Origin: a virus
Taxonomy: Duplodnaviria; Caudoviricetes
IMG/VR virus record: IMGVR_UViG_3300012953_000203
Location: 1 to 25,430 of that record
Strand: one strand, 5' to 3'
DNA length: 25,430 nucleotides
The translations under genes and the position numbers were made by a program. Shown in pieces: positions 25,020 through 25,430 of this stretch (position 1 is its first letter; each line of letters starts with the position of its first letter). Under the pieces are notes generated by a model, which saw only the letters and a list, made by a program, of their open reading frames with translations, made no database searches and had not been told where the DNA came from.

Positions 25020-25199
25020 TTATCCCATGCGGTATTTACCGCCTTTGGCTTTATAAGTTCTTACAAGCCATCCATTTGCATAAGCAGAAGGGTATACAGC
25101 AAACTTTCGTTTAGCCTGTGCCTTCACTCTTGCATAAAGTTTTTTATTTGTAGGAACTGGCTTCTTTTTGGCTGTTTTCCTCTTTCTACGAACAGCCAT
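25020..25199 (-). CDS. 59-aa hyper-basic microprotein (not in the ORF track; DUF5872 N-half-like from memory)
   Basis: Hand translation MAVRRKRKTAKKKPVPTNKKLYARVKAQAKRKFAVYPSAYANGWLVRTYKAKGGKYRMG; 20 K/R, no D/E. Confidence 0.82.
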   Translation of the reverse strand: MAVRRKRKTAKKKPVPTNKKLYARVKAQAKRKFAVYPSAYANGWLVRTYKAKGGKYRMG

Positions 25200-25202
25200 A
25201 AG

Positions 25203-25376
25203 CTACTCGCCGTCTTCAAGAACAGGCTTGTCGCTTTCTCCATACCAGTCTGCTCGAGTTTCTTCTTTACTGCCGTTTTTTACAAAGTCTTTGGCTTCTT
25301 TTTCAGAGTCAAAGGTAGCAATGACTTCTTCATTGTTCCAAACTCTCCATGTGCCTCTTTTTTCATCAATTTCCAT
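25203..25376 (-). CDS. 57-aa acidic microprotein (not in the ORF track)
   Basis: MEIDEKRGTWRVWNNEEVIATFDSEKEAKDFVKNGSKEETRADWYGESDKPVLEDGE; strong SD GAGGAG 6 nt upstream; 3-nt gaps to both neighbours. Confidence 0.75.
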   Translation of the reverse strand: MEIDEKRGTWRVWNNEEVIATFDSEKEAKDFVKNGSKEETRADWYGESDKPVLEDGE

Positions 25377-25379
25377 TTA

Positions 25380-25430
25380 CTACTCCTCGCAGTTGCAATC
25401 GTGACAAACTTCATTGATACACTTCTTGCA
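25380..25430 (-). CDS. 3' end of a Cys-rich (metallothionein-like) small protein, truncated by the window edge
   Basis: ...CKKCINEVCHDCNCEE-stop: 5 Cys and 1 His in 16 residues; double stop TAG TAA. Confidence 0.55.
   Translation of the reverse strand, partial: CKKCINEVCHDCNCEE

Noticed and set aside
1087-25404. All plus-strand ORFs in the track (e.g. 1087-1371, 6442-6762, 16593-17012, 24033-24302, 25168-25404)
   Set aside because: They lie antisense to well-supported minus-strand genes, have the Ser/Leu/Phe-rich composition of shadow frames and show no convincing RBS
1-25430. tRNA genes, introns, inteins, integrase or stop-codon reassignment
   Set aside because: Intergenic gaps are short and explained by promoters and terminators; TerL, portal and capsid are uninterrupted and of normal size; TAA, TAG and TGA all end genes under the standard code

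Overview
A 25.4 kb piece of a tailed dsDNA phage genome. All credible genes are on the minus strand. It holds an almost complete virion morphogenesis module in T5-like (Demerecviridae-like) gene order. In transcription order (right to left): a cluster of tiny Cys-rich, acidic and extremely basic proteins; three small membrane proteins, one with a canonical EF-hand loop; TerL; an HNH-type nuclease; portal; a prohead protease fused in frame to the HK97-fold major capsid protein; head and tail completion proteins; tail terminator; major tail tube; baseplate tube; two tail-assembly chaperone ORFs; tape measure; distal tail protein; a 2138-aa hub/central-fibre protein; a fibre chaperone; and the start of a collar-like gene. 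Three near-consensus sigma70 promoters sharing an upstream motif and two intrinsic terminators punctuate the module. The most notable signals are (i) a candidate +1 frameshift at UUU-CGU joining the tail chaperone ORFs, where the usual -1 frame is closed, (ii) a protease-capsid fusion with a strong internal RBS and ATG that would give two nested products, and (iii) four hyper-basic microproteins, two missed by the ORF track and one with an AT-hook, that may be a DNA-condensing set. Family assignments come from motif recognition and synteny, not database searches.
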